From positions 1,632,001 to 1,696,000 of the forward strand of contig CP181291.1 in NCBI GenBank assembly GCA_052279835.1: DNA of 64,000 nucleotides. The letters are read 5' to 3'. This DNA comes from Microcoleus sp. (GTDB taxonomy: Bacteria; Cyanobacteriota; Cyanobacteriia; Cyanobacteriales; Microcoleaceae). The notes under the pieces were generated by a model. The model was given only the letters and a program-made list of their open reading frames with translations. It was not told the DNA's origin and did no database searches. This document shows positions 49,902 through 59,544 of this stretch, in pieces. Position 1 is the stretch's first letter. Each line of letters opens with the position of its first letter. A program made the translations under genes and the position numbers.

Positions 49902-50405
49902 ATGACTACCAGCGAACCCAACCTAGAAACAGTTTCTCCAGAAAGCATTTTAAGTGAAAGCGCGATCGCCGATGCGCAAGTCGAAAAAGCCACAGCCGTC
50001 ACCTATGCAGAAGAAATTGAAACTGTCATCGCCAGCATGGCTGTAGATCAAAAAGTGATGGTAGGTCAAAATGAGGCGGGCGGACATCTTTGGAAGTTTA
50101 AGTACGGTAGTGTCGAAGTGTTGGTGCAACTCACTGGCGAAACGGAAGATGATACTTTGACTGTTTGGGCTTTTGTGCTTCAGTTGCCGGCGAAGAATGA
50201 AGCTGAATTAATGCGCAAACTCCTACAAATGAATTGGCTGTCTACTTTGGAATCTCATTTTGCGATCGTGGATAATCAAGTTGCGGTAATTTCGACTCGG
50301 GCGATGGCGGAAATCTCGACTGGGGAAATTTCTCGCGCTATTACGATTGTCGCGACGATTGCTGATGATAATGACGATATCTTACAAGCTGAATACGGTC
50401 AGTAG
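49902..50405 (+). CDS. YbjN domain (T3SS-chaperone-like) protein
   Basis: WKFKYGSVEV.VQLTG, LMRKLLQMNW, EISRAITIVATIADD. Confidence 0.8.
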   Translation: MTTSEPNLETVSPESILSESAIADAQVEKATAVTYAEEIETVIASMAVDQKVMVGQNEAGGHLWKFKYGSVEVLVQLTGETEDDTLTVWAFVLQLPAKNEAELMRKLLQMNWLSTLESHFAIVDNQVAVISTRAMAEISTGEISRAITIVATIADDNDDILQAEYGQ

Positions 50406-50446
50406 GCAGTAAGTGGTTGGTAGTAGTTATTCCAGCAGACAATGAT

Positions 50447-50662
50447 TCACCAGATTTTTGCCATCCGCAAGACAAATCCTGGTAACTCTGGCTCGCCGCT
50501 CACTGTTTCGGGATTATCCAAGATTTCCGGTTCTAGTTCGGGGCGGTAGATGTAGACTTTTCGGTTTTTGCGATCGATCAACAAGCCGAGTGATGCACCG
50601 TTGTCAATATATTCTTGCATCTTGTTTTGCAATCCCCTGAGAGTATCGCTTTTAAAGACCAT
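50447..50662 (-). pseudogene. Uma2-family endonuclease C-terminal fragment
   Basis: SDTL..LQNKMQEYIDNGASLGLLID...VYIYRP...LPGFVL; the N-terminal two-thirds, including the PD motif, is absent. Confidence 0.8.
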
Positions 50663-50792
50663 CGATGGGACACGATCGCACTTGTGAACGTTTAGTTAAG
50701 AATTTTGAGTTATTTCAGAAGTAAAATAGTTAGAAAATATTGATTATTCCTAATTTTTTGACATTCACAACTTAAAACTCAAAACTCAAAAC

Positions 50793-51263
50793 TTAATAAG
50801 CAGGCCCGGCCAACCACGAAATAGTTATTCCCAGCCCCAAACCGACAAAAACTTGAAAAGGAGTGTGTCCTAGCAACTCCTTGAGACGAGCCTCATTCAA
50901 GTTGTGGTGTTCTTCAAAAAATTCATCAATAATTTGGTTGAGGATTCGAGCTTGTTTGCCGGCAGCTTGGCGGACTCCAGCAGCATCGTACATGACAATT
51001 ATCGCAAAAATTGTGGCGATCGCAAACTCTGGACTCTCCCAGCCCAAGGTTTGTCCCACCCCAGCAGCCAAAGCACCTACAAAAGACGAATGAGAGCTAG
51101 GCATTCCTCCGGTTGTTACTAAATACTGAAGATTAAACTTCCGATTTTTGATTAATTCGATCGGCAATTTCAATACTTGAGCAGCCAGACAAGCGATTAG
51201 AGAAACCACGAGTACATGATTGTTTAAGATGCCGCTGCAAATTTCCTGCATAGTGTTTGGCAT
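50793..51263 (-). CDS. Divergent PAP2 family protein (DUF212)
   Basis: TTGGMPSSHS, VMYDAAGVRQAAGKQA, LKELLGHTP. Confidence 0.92.
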   Translation of the reverse strand: MPNTMQEICSGILNNHVLVVSLIACLAAQVLKLPIELIKNRKFNLQYLVTTGGMPSSHSSFVGALAAGVGQTLGWESPEFAIATIFAIIVMYDAAGVRQAAGKQARILNQIIDEFFEEHHNLNEARLKELLGHTPFQVFVGLGLGITISWLAGPAY

Positions 51264-51265
51264 TT

Positions 51266-52192
51266 CTAGTTACTGCGACTGGTAATATAATCTGCGATCG
51301 CCAACAGCGGTTGAGCTTTATTCCCAAACACTGCCAATTGAGCCTGAGCATCAACAATCAATTGTGAAGCTTGACGCCTAGACTCCTCAATTCCCCACAA
51401 ACTAGGATAAGTCACCTTTCCAGCTTGAACATCTTTGCCTGCGGTTTTGCCAAGTTCTTCAGCAGTAGCAGTAATATCGAGAATGTCATCAATAATCTGG
51501 AAAGCCAGCCCAATATTTTTAGCAAAACGAGAAAGCCGCTGCAAATCCGCAGCCGAAGCCCCAGCCAGAATTGCCCCACAAACTACGCAGGCTTCTAACA
51601 GCGCGCCGGTTTTGTGAGCGTGAATGTAGTTCAAAGTTTCTAGAGAAACATCTTTCAATCCTTCCGATTCCAGGTCAACCACCTGACCGCCGACAAGTCC
51701 AGGAGCGCCAGATGCCCGCGCTAAATGGGCGATCGTCTGCAATACCAGATGGGGGGGTACGTTCTCAGTTTTAGTAGCGATAAATTCAAAAGCATAGGTC
51801 AACAAGCCATCGCCAGCCAAAATGGCGATATCTTCGCCGTAGACTTTGTGGTTAGTCAGTTTGCCACGCCGATAGTCGTCATTGTCCATTGCCGGCAAAT
51901 CGTCGTGGATCAGCGACATGGTGTGGATCATTTCCAAAGCGCAAGCTGTGGGCATTGCCATTTGGGAAGTGCCACCGGCGAGTTCGCAGCCAGCCAGACA
52001 CAGGATTGGACGCAGCCGTTTGCCGCCTGCTAGCAGGGAGTAGCGCATGGCTTCGTAAATTTTCTCTGGGTAGATGACCGGCAGCGCACTGTCGAGAGCT
52101 ACCTCGATCGCCTTTTTTTGCTCGACTAGGTAAGTAGATAAGTCGAAAGCGGATTCCGGTTGGGACGAATCCATTTCTGTTGCCAATACCAT
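51266..52192 (-). CDS. crtE: Geranylgeranyl diphosphate synthase
   Basis: [40 protein letters not shown]; start placed at ATG 52192. Confidence 0.95.
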   Translation of the reverse strand: MVLATEMDSSQPESAFDLSTYLVEQKKAIEVALDSALPVIYPEKIYEAMRYSLLAGGKRLRPILCLAGCELAGGTSQMAMPTACALEMIHTMSLIHDDLPAMDNDDYRRGKLTNHKVYGEDIAILAGDGLLTYAFEFIATKTENVPPHLVLQTIAHLARASGAPGLVGGQVVDLESEGLKDVSLETLNYIHAHKTGALLEACVVCGAILAGASAADLQRLSRFAKNIGLAFQIIDDILDITATAEELGKTAGKDVQAGKVTYPSLWGIEESRRQASQLIVDAQAQLAVFGNKAQPLLAIADYITSRSN

Positions 52193-52403
52193 CCCTTGCT
52201 CTCTTGTACTTAATGTGACGAAAGGATACTTTGATTTATGCCGGTCGATGGAACCAACTTGTACAGTGGCGATCGCCCGAAATCTGAATTTCATTTAATC
52301 ATTCTATGGGTGTGATTGCACAGAAACTTATTTTGAGTTTTGAAAACTTTCTCCCACACAACTGAGGCGCGGGTAACACAACAACCGGATTTCCAAATAA
52401 ATG

Positions 52404-53339
52404 TTAAGAGTTTGCCTCCCTCAGCTTGACTCCCAACCCAGTTTCTGTATCAGTTTTTATTCCCAATCCACAGCTTTGTGTGGCGACTTCCAAAAACCGC
52501 AGCAGCACTGGTGTGGGATTGTCGCACCAAATTAGAGCGATCGACACGATCGGGCTTGGTTCTTGTAAATGTTTGTAAACAACACCGCAGCGCTGGAAAT
52601 TTTGCATCGACTCCGGCACAATCGCCACTCCCATGGAGGCAGCGACTAGACTCACAATCGTTTGCATTTGAATCGCTTCTTGAGCGGCGATCGGGCTAAA
52701 GCCTGCTTGTTGACAAAAACTGATGATGCGATCGTACAATCCCGGAGCCAGGGAACGCGGAAACAGGATAAAAGGTTCGGCGGAAAGTTGTCTCAATTCT
52801 ACCTGGGCGCGATCAGCCAATTGATGCGTCTGCGGCAAAGCCACGATTAACGGTTCCCGAAACACAATTTCCGAATTGATCCCATCCTCCACCGGAGGGC
52901 GAATGAAGCCGATGTCTATTTGTCCTTCCCGCAGTCGCTGCAACTGCTCATTTGTCGTCATTTCTCGCAATTCTAGCTTTACCGCTGGATGCAGAGTCCG
53001 AAAAGCCTGCAAAATAGCTGGAACCACATTGTGAGAAGCAGAGCTCACAAAGCCGATCGTCAATTGTCCCAATTCACCCCGATTTGTCTGTTGGCCAAGT
53101 TGAATAGCGCGATCGAGTTGCATCAGAATTTTTTGCGACTCCTCAAAAAAAACCTGTCCCGCTTCCGTTAGCGTTACCGTCCGTTTGGTGCGGCGAAACA
53201 ATTGAAACCCTAACTCAGTTTCTAACTGCTGGATTTGTTGGCTCAGCGGAGGTTGAGCCATATGCAGTTTTTCGGCTGCGCGAGTGAAATTCAATTCTTC
53301 TGCAACCGCAATGAAATAACGCAAATGTCGTAGTTCCAT
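52404..53339 (-). CDS. LysR-family transcriptional regulator (AlsR/BenM-like)
   Basis: MELRHLRYFIAVAEELNFTRAAEKLHMAQPPLSQQI. Confidence 0.95.
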   Translation of the reverse strand: MELRHLRYFIAVAEELNFTRAAEKLHMAQPPLSQQIQQLETELGFQLFRRTKRTVTLTEAGQVFFEESQKILMQLDRAIQLGQQTNRGELGQLTIGFVSSASHNVVPAILQAFRTLHPAVKLELREMTTNEQLQRLREGQIDIGFIRPPVEDGINSEIVFREPLIVALPQTHQLADRAQVELRQLSAEPFILFPRSLAPGLYDRIISFCQQAGFSPIAAQEAIQMQTIVSLVAASMGVAIVPESMQNFQRCGVVYKHLQEPSPIVSIALIWCDNPTPVLLRFLEVATQSCGLGIKTDTETGLGVKLREANS

Positions 53340-53355
53340 AATTTTCCATTCATTA

Positions 53356-53370
53356 ATATTTTAAAAGTAT
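53356..53370. promoter_or_regulatory. Putative LysR T-N11-A recognition site
   Basis: ATAT-N7-GTAT in the divergent lysR/GNAT spacer. Confidence 0.45.
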
Positions 53371-53420
53371 AAGTTGTTAATTAAACAGATATTGGACATT
53401 TTGATAATTAGCAATTGATA

Positions 53421-53500
53421 ATTGGGGAATAGGTAATGGGGGAATTGGGAATAGGTAATGGGGAATAGGTAATGGGGGAATTGGGAATAGGTAATTGGAA
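53421..53500. repeat. GGGAATA/GGTAATG-type heptamer STRR array
   Basis: Direct inspection. Confidence 0.8.
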
Positions 53501-53538
53501 ATTTAATGATTTAATTGTCAACTTGTGTTATCTAAAAA

Positions 53539-54042
53539 ATGGAGAATTCAGAAATGGCAAACTTAGATATTAAGGTGAGAGAAGCAAAACTTGCTGATTT
53601 AGAATTGATTCTGGCTTTTATTTCGCAAAAATCAGAATTCGATGGAGTTCCACATCTTTTAGAAGCAACAGCAGACAAACTGAAGCAAACAGTATTTGTC
53701 GAGTCTCCGCTCGTGCGAGTATTGTTGGCGGAAGTTGCCGGAACAGCGGTAGGATTTGCGATGTTTTATGCTTCCTATTCAAGTTTATTGGCTCAGCCCT
53801 GTCTGTGGCTGGATGATTTATTTGTACAATCTCATTTTCGAGGTTTAGGAATCGGTACAGCTTTGTTAAAGTCTTTGGCAAAAATTGCTGAATCCACAAA
53901 TTGTGGGCGGATTGAATGGACTGTTAATACTAGGAATTCGCCAGGAATTGCTTTTTATCAAAAGCAGGGGGCGCGCATTTTGGAAAATATTAGGGTTTGC
54001 CGAATTGAGGGGGAGGCAATTTCTATGCTTGCTGGTCAGTAA
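53539..54042 (+). CDS. GNAT acetyltransferase (SSAT/PaiA-like)
   Basis: VGFAMFY, LWLDDLFV...RGLGIGTALL, RIEWTV, FYQKQGA. Confidence 0.9.
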   Translation: MENSEMANLDIKVREAKLADLELILAFISQKSEFDGVPHLLEATADKLKQTVFVESPLVRVLLAEVAGTAVGFAMFYASYSSLLAQPCLWLDDLFVQSHFRGLGIGTALLKSLAKIAESTNCGRIEWTVNTRNSPGIAFYQKQGARILENIRVCRIEGEAISMLAGQ

Positions 54043-54095
54043 TTTAGTAACGAACCGCGAAGGCGCTAAGGACACGAAGTGAAGAGGAAAGAAGG

Positions 54096-54863
54096 ATGTT
54101 ACAAGATTTTTGGAATTCGACGCTTTATGAGGGAAATCATGGTTTTGTTTGGCAATACGGGGAATCGCTTTTGAAATTACTCGCTCCCAAGGCTGGTGAA
54201 CGGATTTTAGATTTAGGTTGCGGTACGGGACAGTTAACTGAAAAGATTGCTGAAAGCGGAGCTTTTGTGCAGGGGATTGATTCATCTTTGTCGATGATTG
54301 CTAAGGCTCGCTCTAATTATCCTCAGCTTGATTTTGCTGTGGCTGATGCTCGTGATTTTGAAGTTTTTGAATCGCTGGATGCTGTTTTTTCTAATGCTGT
54401 TTTGCATTGGGTTAAGGAAGCGGATGCTGTGATTAATTGCGTGGCAAAATCACTGAAGCCGGGTGGGCGTTTTGTGGCTGAGTTTGGGGGTAAGGGCAAT
54501 GTGGGGGCTATAGTTGGGGCAATTTTGAGTGTTTTGTCGGAAATTGGTTGCGAGTCGCCTGCGTCGCTTAATCCTTGGTATTTTCCGAGTGTTGGTGAGT
54601 ATACTGGGCTTTTGGAAACGCAGGGTTTTGAGGTGGGTTATGGGGTTTTGTTCGATCGCCCGACTCTTCTCGAAGGCGGTGATGCTGGTATGCTAAATTG
54701 GATTGAAATGTTTGCTGGCGGGTTTTTTTCTGGGCTATCTGAGGAAGTGCGATCGCACGCAATTCAACAAGTTGAACGGCGTTTGCGATCGACACAGTAT
54801 CGCGATGGTACTTGGATGGCAGATTATCGCCGAATTCGCGTTGTTGCTGTCAAAAATTCCTGA
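54096..54863 (+). CDS. SAM-dependent methyltransferase (Tam-like)
   Basis: ILDLGCGTG, DAVFSNAVLHW, LKPGGRFVAEFGGKGN, ADYRRIR. Confidence 0.9.
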   Translation: MLQDFWNSTLYEGNHGFVWQYGESLLKLLAPKAGERILDLGCGTGQLTEKIAESGAFVQGIDSSLSMIAKARSNYPQLDFAVADARDFEVFESLDAVFSNAVLHWVKEADAVINCVAKSLKPGGRFVAEFGGKGNVGAIVGAILSVLSEIGCESPASLNPWYFPSVGEYTGLLETQGFEVGYGVLFDRPTLLEGGDAGMLNWIEMFAGGFFSGLSEEVRSHAIQQVERRLRSTQYRDGTWMADYRRIRVVAVKNS

Positions 54864-54986
54864 GTGTCAATCATAGTGATTAGTGATTTCGATCGGATAT
54901 TGAAATCGCTAATCCTGTAAACACCGGGAGTTAATTTGAGGCTAACAATATGATAAGTTTGTCAGGTAACAGTGATGTTCCTTAAC

Positions 54987-55748
54987 TTAGAAACCCTGAA
55001 CGGAAACAATCCTGCTTTGTAGTTCATTAGGGGTTACATCGTCTACAAAACCTAAAATCGCGTTAGAATTCCTGACTCTGATTAGAGTTCCTGAAACAAC
55101 TCCGCTAATTCCGGTGGCCAAAGCTGGAGGGATAAATGCTTGTACGTTTTGTGGCACATCGAGCTTAACTGTTACTGTCGCATCCTGTAATTGCTCCAAC
55201 ACTATATCATTGACAGTTAAGTTATTCGCTAATCCTATGCGATCGAAATCAGGATCGAAAGTGATTATTGCATCAGTAGAATTGAGATTTGTAGCGGCAG
55301 GATCGATTCCCAGAACGCATAAATTACTGCCAGATTCACAATCTAAGAAGTCTCTGCCCAAGCCGCCAACCAGAGTGTTATTCCCATTTCCGCCCTTTAA
55401 ATAATCATCCCCTCTACCCCCAAATAAAATATCATCGCCTTCGTCTCCCAAAATAAAATCAGCATCTAGACCACCACTGAGGCAGTCATTTCCATCAGCT
55501 CCAAACAGGGCATCTCTTCCTTTTCCCCCAAATAAAGAATCGTTCCCTGCAAAACCTCTGAGAATATCTTCTCCTTCATTTCCCAGGATTAACTCGCTAA
55601 CCCCTGAGCCATTTACTGTATCGTCGCCGTCGAGGGCCCAAGCTCCTAAAGGGAAATTGGTTAGATCTGCTGGAAAAAGTTGAATTCCTTCGGAGGTGTT
55701 GTCGCCAATTAAGCGTAATGTCCCTGACGCATCCGGTTTTAAAGCCAT
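54987..55748 (-). CDS. RTX/hemolysin-type calcium-binding repeat protein
   Basis: Serial GGxGxD nonapeptides; start placed at ATG 55748 to avoid overlap with folD. Confidence 0.85.
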   Translation of the reverse strand: MALKPDASGTLRLIGDNTSEGIQLFPADLTNFPLGAWALDGDDTVNGSGVSELILGNEGEDILRGFAGNDSLFGGKGRDALFGADGNDCLSGGLDADFILGDEGDDILFGGRGDDYLKGGNGNNTLVGGLGRDFLDCESGSNLCVLGIDPAATNLNSTDAIITFDPDFDRIGLANNLTVNDIVLEQLQDATVTVKLDVPQNVQAFIPPALATGISGVVSGTLIRVRNSNAILGFVDDVTPNELQSRIVSVQGF

Positions 55749-55824
55749 AGCTAAAATCTTTGTATGTTGGTAGATTGCTAACCCTACTAATTGAGCCAAT
55801 ACTGGCTCAAAAGTTGGCGCTAAT

Positions 55825-56703
55825 TCAATTAGAACCGCATTCAATATAACTCGAAACGGTATTTTCCAAAAGCATCGCCACAGTCATCGGCCCGATTCCT
55901 CCCGGCACTGGTGTGATAAATTCCGCTACTGTTTTAACAGCATCAAAGTCCACATCTCCGGCCAATCGGCTAGTACCGTCTGGATTGACAACGCGGTTGA
56001 TACCGACATCGATGACTACAGCCCCTGGTTTGACCATGTTAGCTGTAATCATTTCTGTGCGGCCGACGGCGGCGATTAAGATATCGGCTTGGCTGGTGAT
56101 GGATTCTAGGTTTTGGGTCCGCGAATGAGCTACTGTCACTGTACAATCGGCTTCTAGTAGCATTAGCGCCATCGGTTTACCTACTAAAATACTCCGCCCC
56201 AAAACTACGGCATTTTTTCCTTTTAAATCTATCTGGTATTCTTGCAACAGTCGCATGACTCCGGCGGGAGTACAACTGCGTAAACCTTTTTCTCCCCGTA
56301 CCAGGCTGCCTAAATTTACAGGGTGGAGTCCGTCTGCATCTTTGGCGGGGGCAATTTGGTAAAGTAGGGAAATTGCGTCTAGGTGCTCTGGAAGTGGGAG
56401 TTGTACTAAAATCCCGTCTACTCGATCGTCCTGGTTGAGTGCATGAATTGCAAGTTCGAGTTCGCCTTGAGTTGCATTTGCGGGATAATGCTGACCAAAG
56501 GAAGCTATGCCAACTTTAGCGCAGGCTCGTTCTTTGTTTCGCACGTAAGCTGCGCTGGCTGGGTTGTCGCCCACCATCAGTACCGCAAGTCCCGGAGGAC
56601 GCCCAATCTGGGTTTGTAGGGAACTAACTCGATCGCTCAGCTCGCTTTGAATCTTTGTTGCTAAAGCTTTGCCATCTAGTATTTGAGCAGTTTTGGCTTC
56701 CAT
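55825..56703 (-). CDS. folD: Bifunctional methylene-THF dehydrogenase/cyclohydrolase
   Basis: [44 protein letters not shown]. Confidence 0.97.
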   Translation of the reverse strand: MEAKTAQILDGKALATKIQSELSDRVSSLQTQIGRPPGLAVLMVGDNPASAAYVRNKERACAKVGIASFGQHYPANATQGELELAIHALNQDDRVDGILVQLPLPEHLDAISLLYQIAPAKDADGLHPVNLGSLVRGEKGLRSCTPAGVMRLLQEYQIDLKGKNAVVLGRSILVGKPMALMLLEADCTVTVAHSRTQNLESITSQADILIAAVGRTEMITANMVKPGAVVIDVGINRVVNPDGTSRLAGDVDFDAVKTVAEFITPVPGGIGPMTVAMLLENTVSSYIECGSN

Positions 56704-56849
56704 TGTAGGCTGTGGGTTAGGGGCTGACGATTTTAGATTTTAGCTTAACCGTCGCCAAGGACTATAATGTCGAAGTTGCTTAGTTTCGATCGATTCTCAG
56801 GATTCTGGTTAAAGTTGAGTCGTATCTCACATTTCAAATCATTTGAAAG

Positions 56850-57275
56850 ATGACTAATGCAATCAAGGAAGTTGGCCTTCAAAAGTTGTCCATGGGTTGT
56901 TTATTCCTCGTGCTCACTAGCGGTTTACTAAGTTGTGCAAATTTGCCGGTGTCTAAATTTAATTTTGGTTTTAATGTATCTAAAATTAGTGATATTCAAG
57001 AAAAACGGCAAGTGGATACGGAGGTTTATCTCCAGGGAAAGGTGGAAAATCGCGCTCCGTTTGTGGGGAATGCTGCTTATCAACTTCAAGATGCTAGTGG
57101 TAGTATTTGGGTTTTAACTAAGCAGGCTTTGCCACAGCTAGGAGATGAAATTATGCTCAAGGGGCAAGTTCGCTATAAAAGTATTAAGCTGAAGGGTTTG
57201 GCTGAAGATTTAGGTGAGGTTTATATTGAGGAAGTTCAACTGCTTAAACGTAAACCAATAACTAATAACCAATAA
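56850..57275 (+). CDS. OB-fold lipoprotein
   Basis: Lipobox LLSC; VYLQGKV, YQLQDASGSIWV. Confidence 0.75.
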   Translation: MTNAIKEVGLQKLSMGCLFLVLTSGLLSCANLPVSKFNFGFNVSKISDIQEKRQVDTEVYLQGKVENRAPFVGNAAYQLQDASGSIWVLTKQALPQLGDEIMLKGQVRYKSIKLKGLAEDLGEVYIEEVQLLKRKPITNNQ

Positions 57276-57278
57276 CTA

Positions 57279-57722
57279 ATGACTAAAATTCACGTTGCGA
57301 TCGCTATTTTGTACCGAGAGGGCAAGTTTCTGTGCCAGTTGCGGGATGATGTGCCTCATATTAGATATCCCGGACATTGGGCTTTGTTTGGTGGCCATAT
57401 GGAACCGGAAGAAACGCCTGAAGTTGCTGTCCTACGGGAATTGAAGGAGGAAATTAGTTATGCTCCTCCCAGTGTTTCTTTTTTTTGTGGGGATGTAGAA
57501 GGAGATGTTATGCGCCATGTTTTTCATGCACCACTTGATGTCGGTGTCAATGATTTAGTTTTGCTTGAGGGTTGGGATCTAAAGTTGTTGACACCGGAGG
57601 AGATTCGGGCTGGAAAATGCTTTTCCCAGCAGTCAGGAGATGTGCGACCTTTTGGTGTTGCTCACCAACGTATTTTGTTGAATTTTATAGCAGATTTTGA
57701 AGGAAGAAGTCAGAGGCCATAA
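57279..57722 (+). CDS. NUDIX hydrolase
   Basis: GGHMEPEETPEVAVLRELKEEI Nudix box. Confidence 0.9.
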   Translation: MTKIHVAIAILYREGKFLCQLRDDVPHIRYPGHWALFGGHMEPEETPEVAVLRELKEEISYAPPSVSFFCGDVEGDVMRHVFHAPLDVGVNDLVLLEGWDLKLLTPEEIRAGKCFSQQSGDVRPFGVAHQRILLNFIADFEGRSQRP

Positions 57723-57748
57723 TATAACAAGTTTAAATATAAAAAATA

Positions 57749-57853
57749 ATATCAATTCCGGTTGTATCGGAATGATTAAACCTTACTAGGACACAGAGGA
57801 CACAGAGAAAGAGAAGAGAGAAATAATAATTCCGATGTCAACGGATTTGATAT
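57749..57853. mobile_element. About 105-bp MITE-like element (inverted relative to the 24661 copy)
   Basis: atatcaattccg...cggatttgatat terminal inverted repeats; abuts an AAACCCGGTTTCT element at 57855-57934. Confidence 0.7.
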
Positions 57854-57940
57854 AAAAAGCCCGGTTTCTTCACATTTTTATCATTTTAAAATGACAAATT
57901 TAGGTTCAGAAACCGGGGTTTTTCGTAAGTCCTAGTGGAT

Positions 57941-59027
57941 TTACTTCACTTGGGTAGAGCGCCGACTGTTAGGCGATTCGTAATACACTTTAGAGCCTGT
58001 ATCGGAAACAAAATGACAATCCCAATAAGAGCGAATAAAGCTTTTCCAAATTGGCTCGCTTGACTTGCGATAATAATCGCCCAACACTGGCTTGATGGCT
58101 TCGGTTGCTTCCTTCAAGTGATAGTGTGGCATTGTCGAGAAAATATGGTGAGCTACGTGGGTGCCGATGTCGTGATGGATGGGATTGATGATGCCATAAT
58201 CCCGATCGATCGTTGATAAGGCACCTTTCAAGAAGTACCAATCATCTCCACGATACCAGGGGATATCCGGCTCAGTGTGGTGCAGGAATGTTACCAAATC
58301 CAACCACATCACGAAAATTACATAGGGAACCAAGTAGAACTTGAGTAAAAACAGCCAACCAAATTGATAGGTTAACGCACCTAAAAATCCGACCATTATT
58401 ACTAAGGATGCTGTGCTGGTTAATACATCCCATTTTTCGGAAGGACGGAAAATCGGGCTACTGGGCATGAAGTGAGAACCTACCCGATCGGGCGATCGAC
58501 GAAACAGATAAATTGGGTAGGCAAATAACATCAAATAAAAGCGTCCGAGCTTTTCATACCAGGGCATTTGATTGTATTTGCTCTCCGACACTGGATACCA
58601 GCTTTCGTCAGTATCTAAGCTACCTGTATTGGCGTGGTGGGTTCTGTGGCTGATCCGCCAACCGTGGAAGGGTACGAGAATTGGAGCGTGGGAAAGGTGT
58701 CCGATCAGGTTGTTGAGCCATTTGCTCTTGGAGAAGGAACCGTGTCCACAGTCGTGGCCGACTACAAACAATGCCCAAAACATGGTTCCCTGCATTAACC
58801 AGAATATGGGATAAAAGAACCAGGAATCAAGGGTATAGGCGATCGCATATAAGCCTGCGATGATTCCAAGATCCAAGAAGAAGTAAGCAAGGGATTTTCC
58901 AACCGAGGGTTCAAAACAATGGGCTGGAATGGCTGATTTGATATCAGCAAGAGTAAAAGGTAACTCTGTTGTACGAGAGGATGAGCTTTTATCGCTCGGC
59001 TGATTGAGAAACTGTATTTAATTGCAC
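57941..59027 (-). pseudogene. desB: Omega-3 fatty acid desaturase with apparent frameshift near codon 7; possibly a sequencing error
   Basis: His boxes HDCGH, HRTHH, HVAHH; frame extends upstream through ELPFTLADIKSAIPAHCFEPS to a TAA at 59018-59020, while the natural GTG start (MQLNTV) at 59027 is one base out of frame. Confidence 0.85.
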
Positions 59028-59380
59028 GAAGTTTCCGATTTAAGCTGGCTTGAGAAACCGCATTTCGTTACTTATCAGTCACTTTGGCTCCAAGGAGCCA
59101 TAATTTATACTCAGTAAGGGTTTCTAAAGTTATTTAGTTCGCAGGAAATCATCCGTAGGCGATTCTCCAGCCCAGTGGCTTGGGGAATGCTGGTAGGGGG
59201 AAAATTTGTGCGATCGACCCTGTTATCTGAAAAAATCTCCTGTGCCCGTTGGAAGTGCGAAATGCGACTTCGATCTGAGAGTGAGGTTTTGGAGGGACTA
59301 TCTCCAGTCTGCCAATGGCAGAGCTAAGTTAATTTAACATTTCTACACACAGTCTGGCAATAAATTATGGCAGATGGACT

Positions 59381-59539
59381 AGGGGAATGGGGAATTGGGA
59401 ATTGGGAATGGGGAATTGGGAATTGGGCTACCCCCCCCTGACCCCCCCCAAGGGTGGAGAGAATGGGGAATGGGGAATTGGGAATTGGGAATGGGGGATG
59501 GGAATTAACACCAATAACCAATAACCAATAACCAATAAC
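59381..59539. repeat. GGGAATT/GGGAATG and ACCAATA heptamer arrays around a CCCCCCAAGGG core
   Basis: Direct inspection. Confidence 0.85.
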
Positions 59540-59544
59540 TTCTG

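Noticed and set aside
59040..59330. Possible structured ncRNA upstream of desB
   Set aside because: Only short hairpins and no recognisable family; likely promoter/UTR
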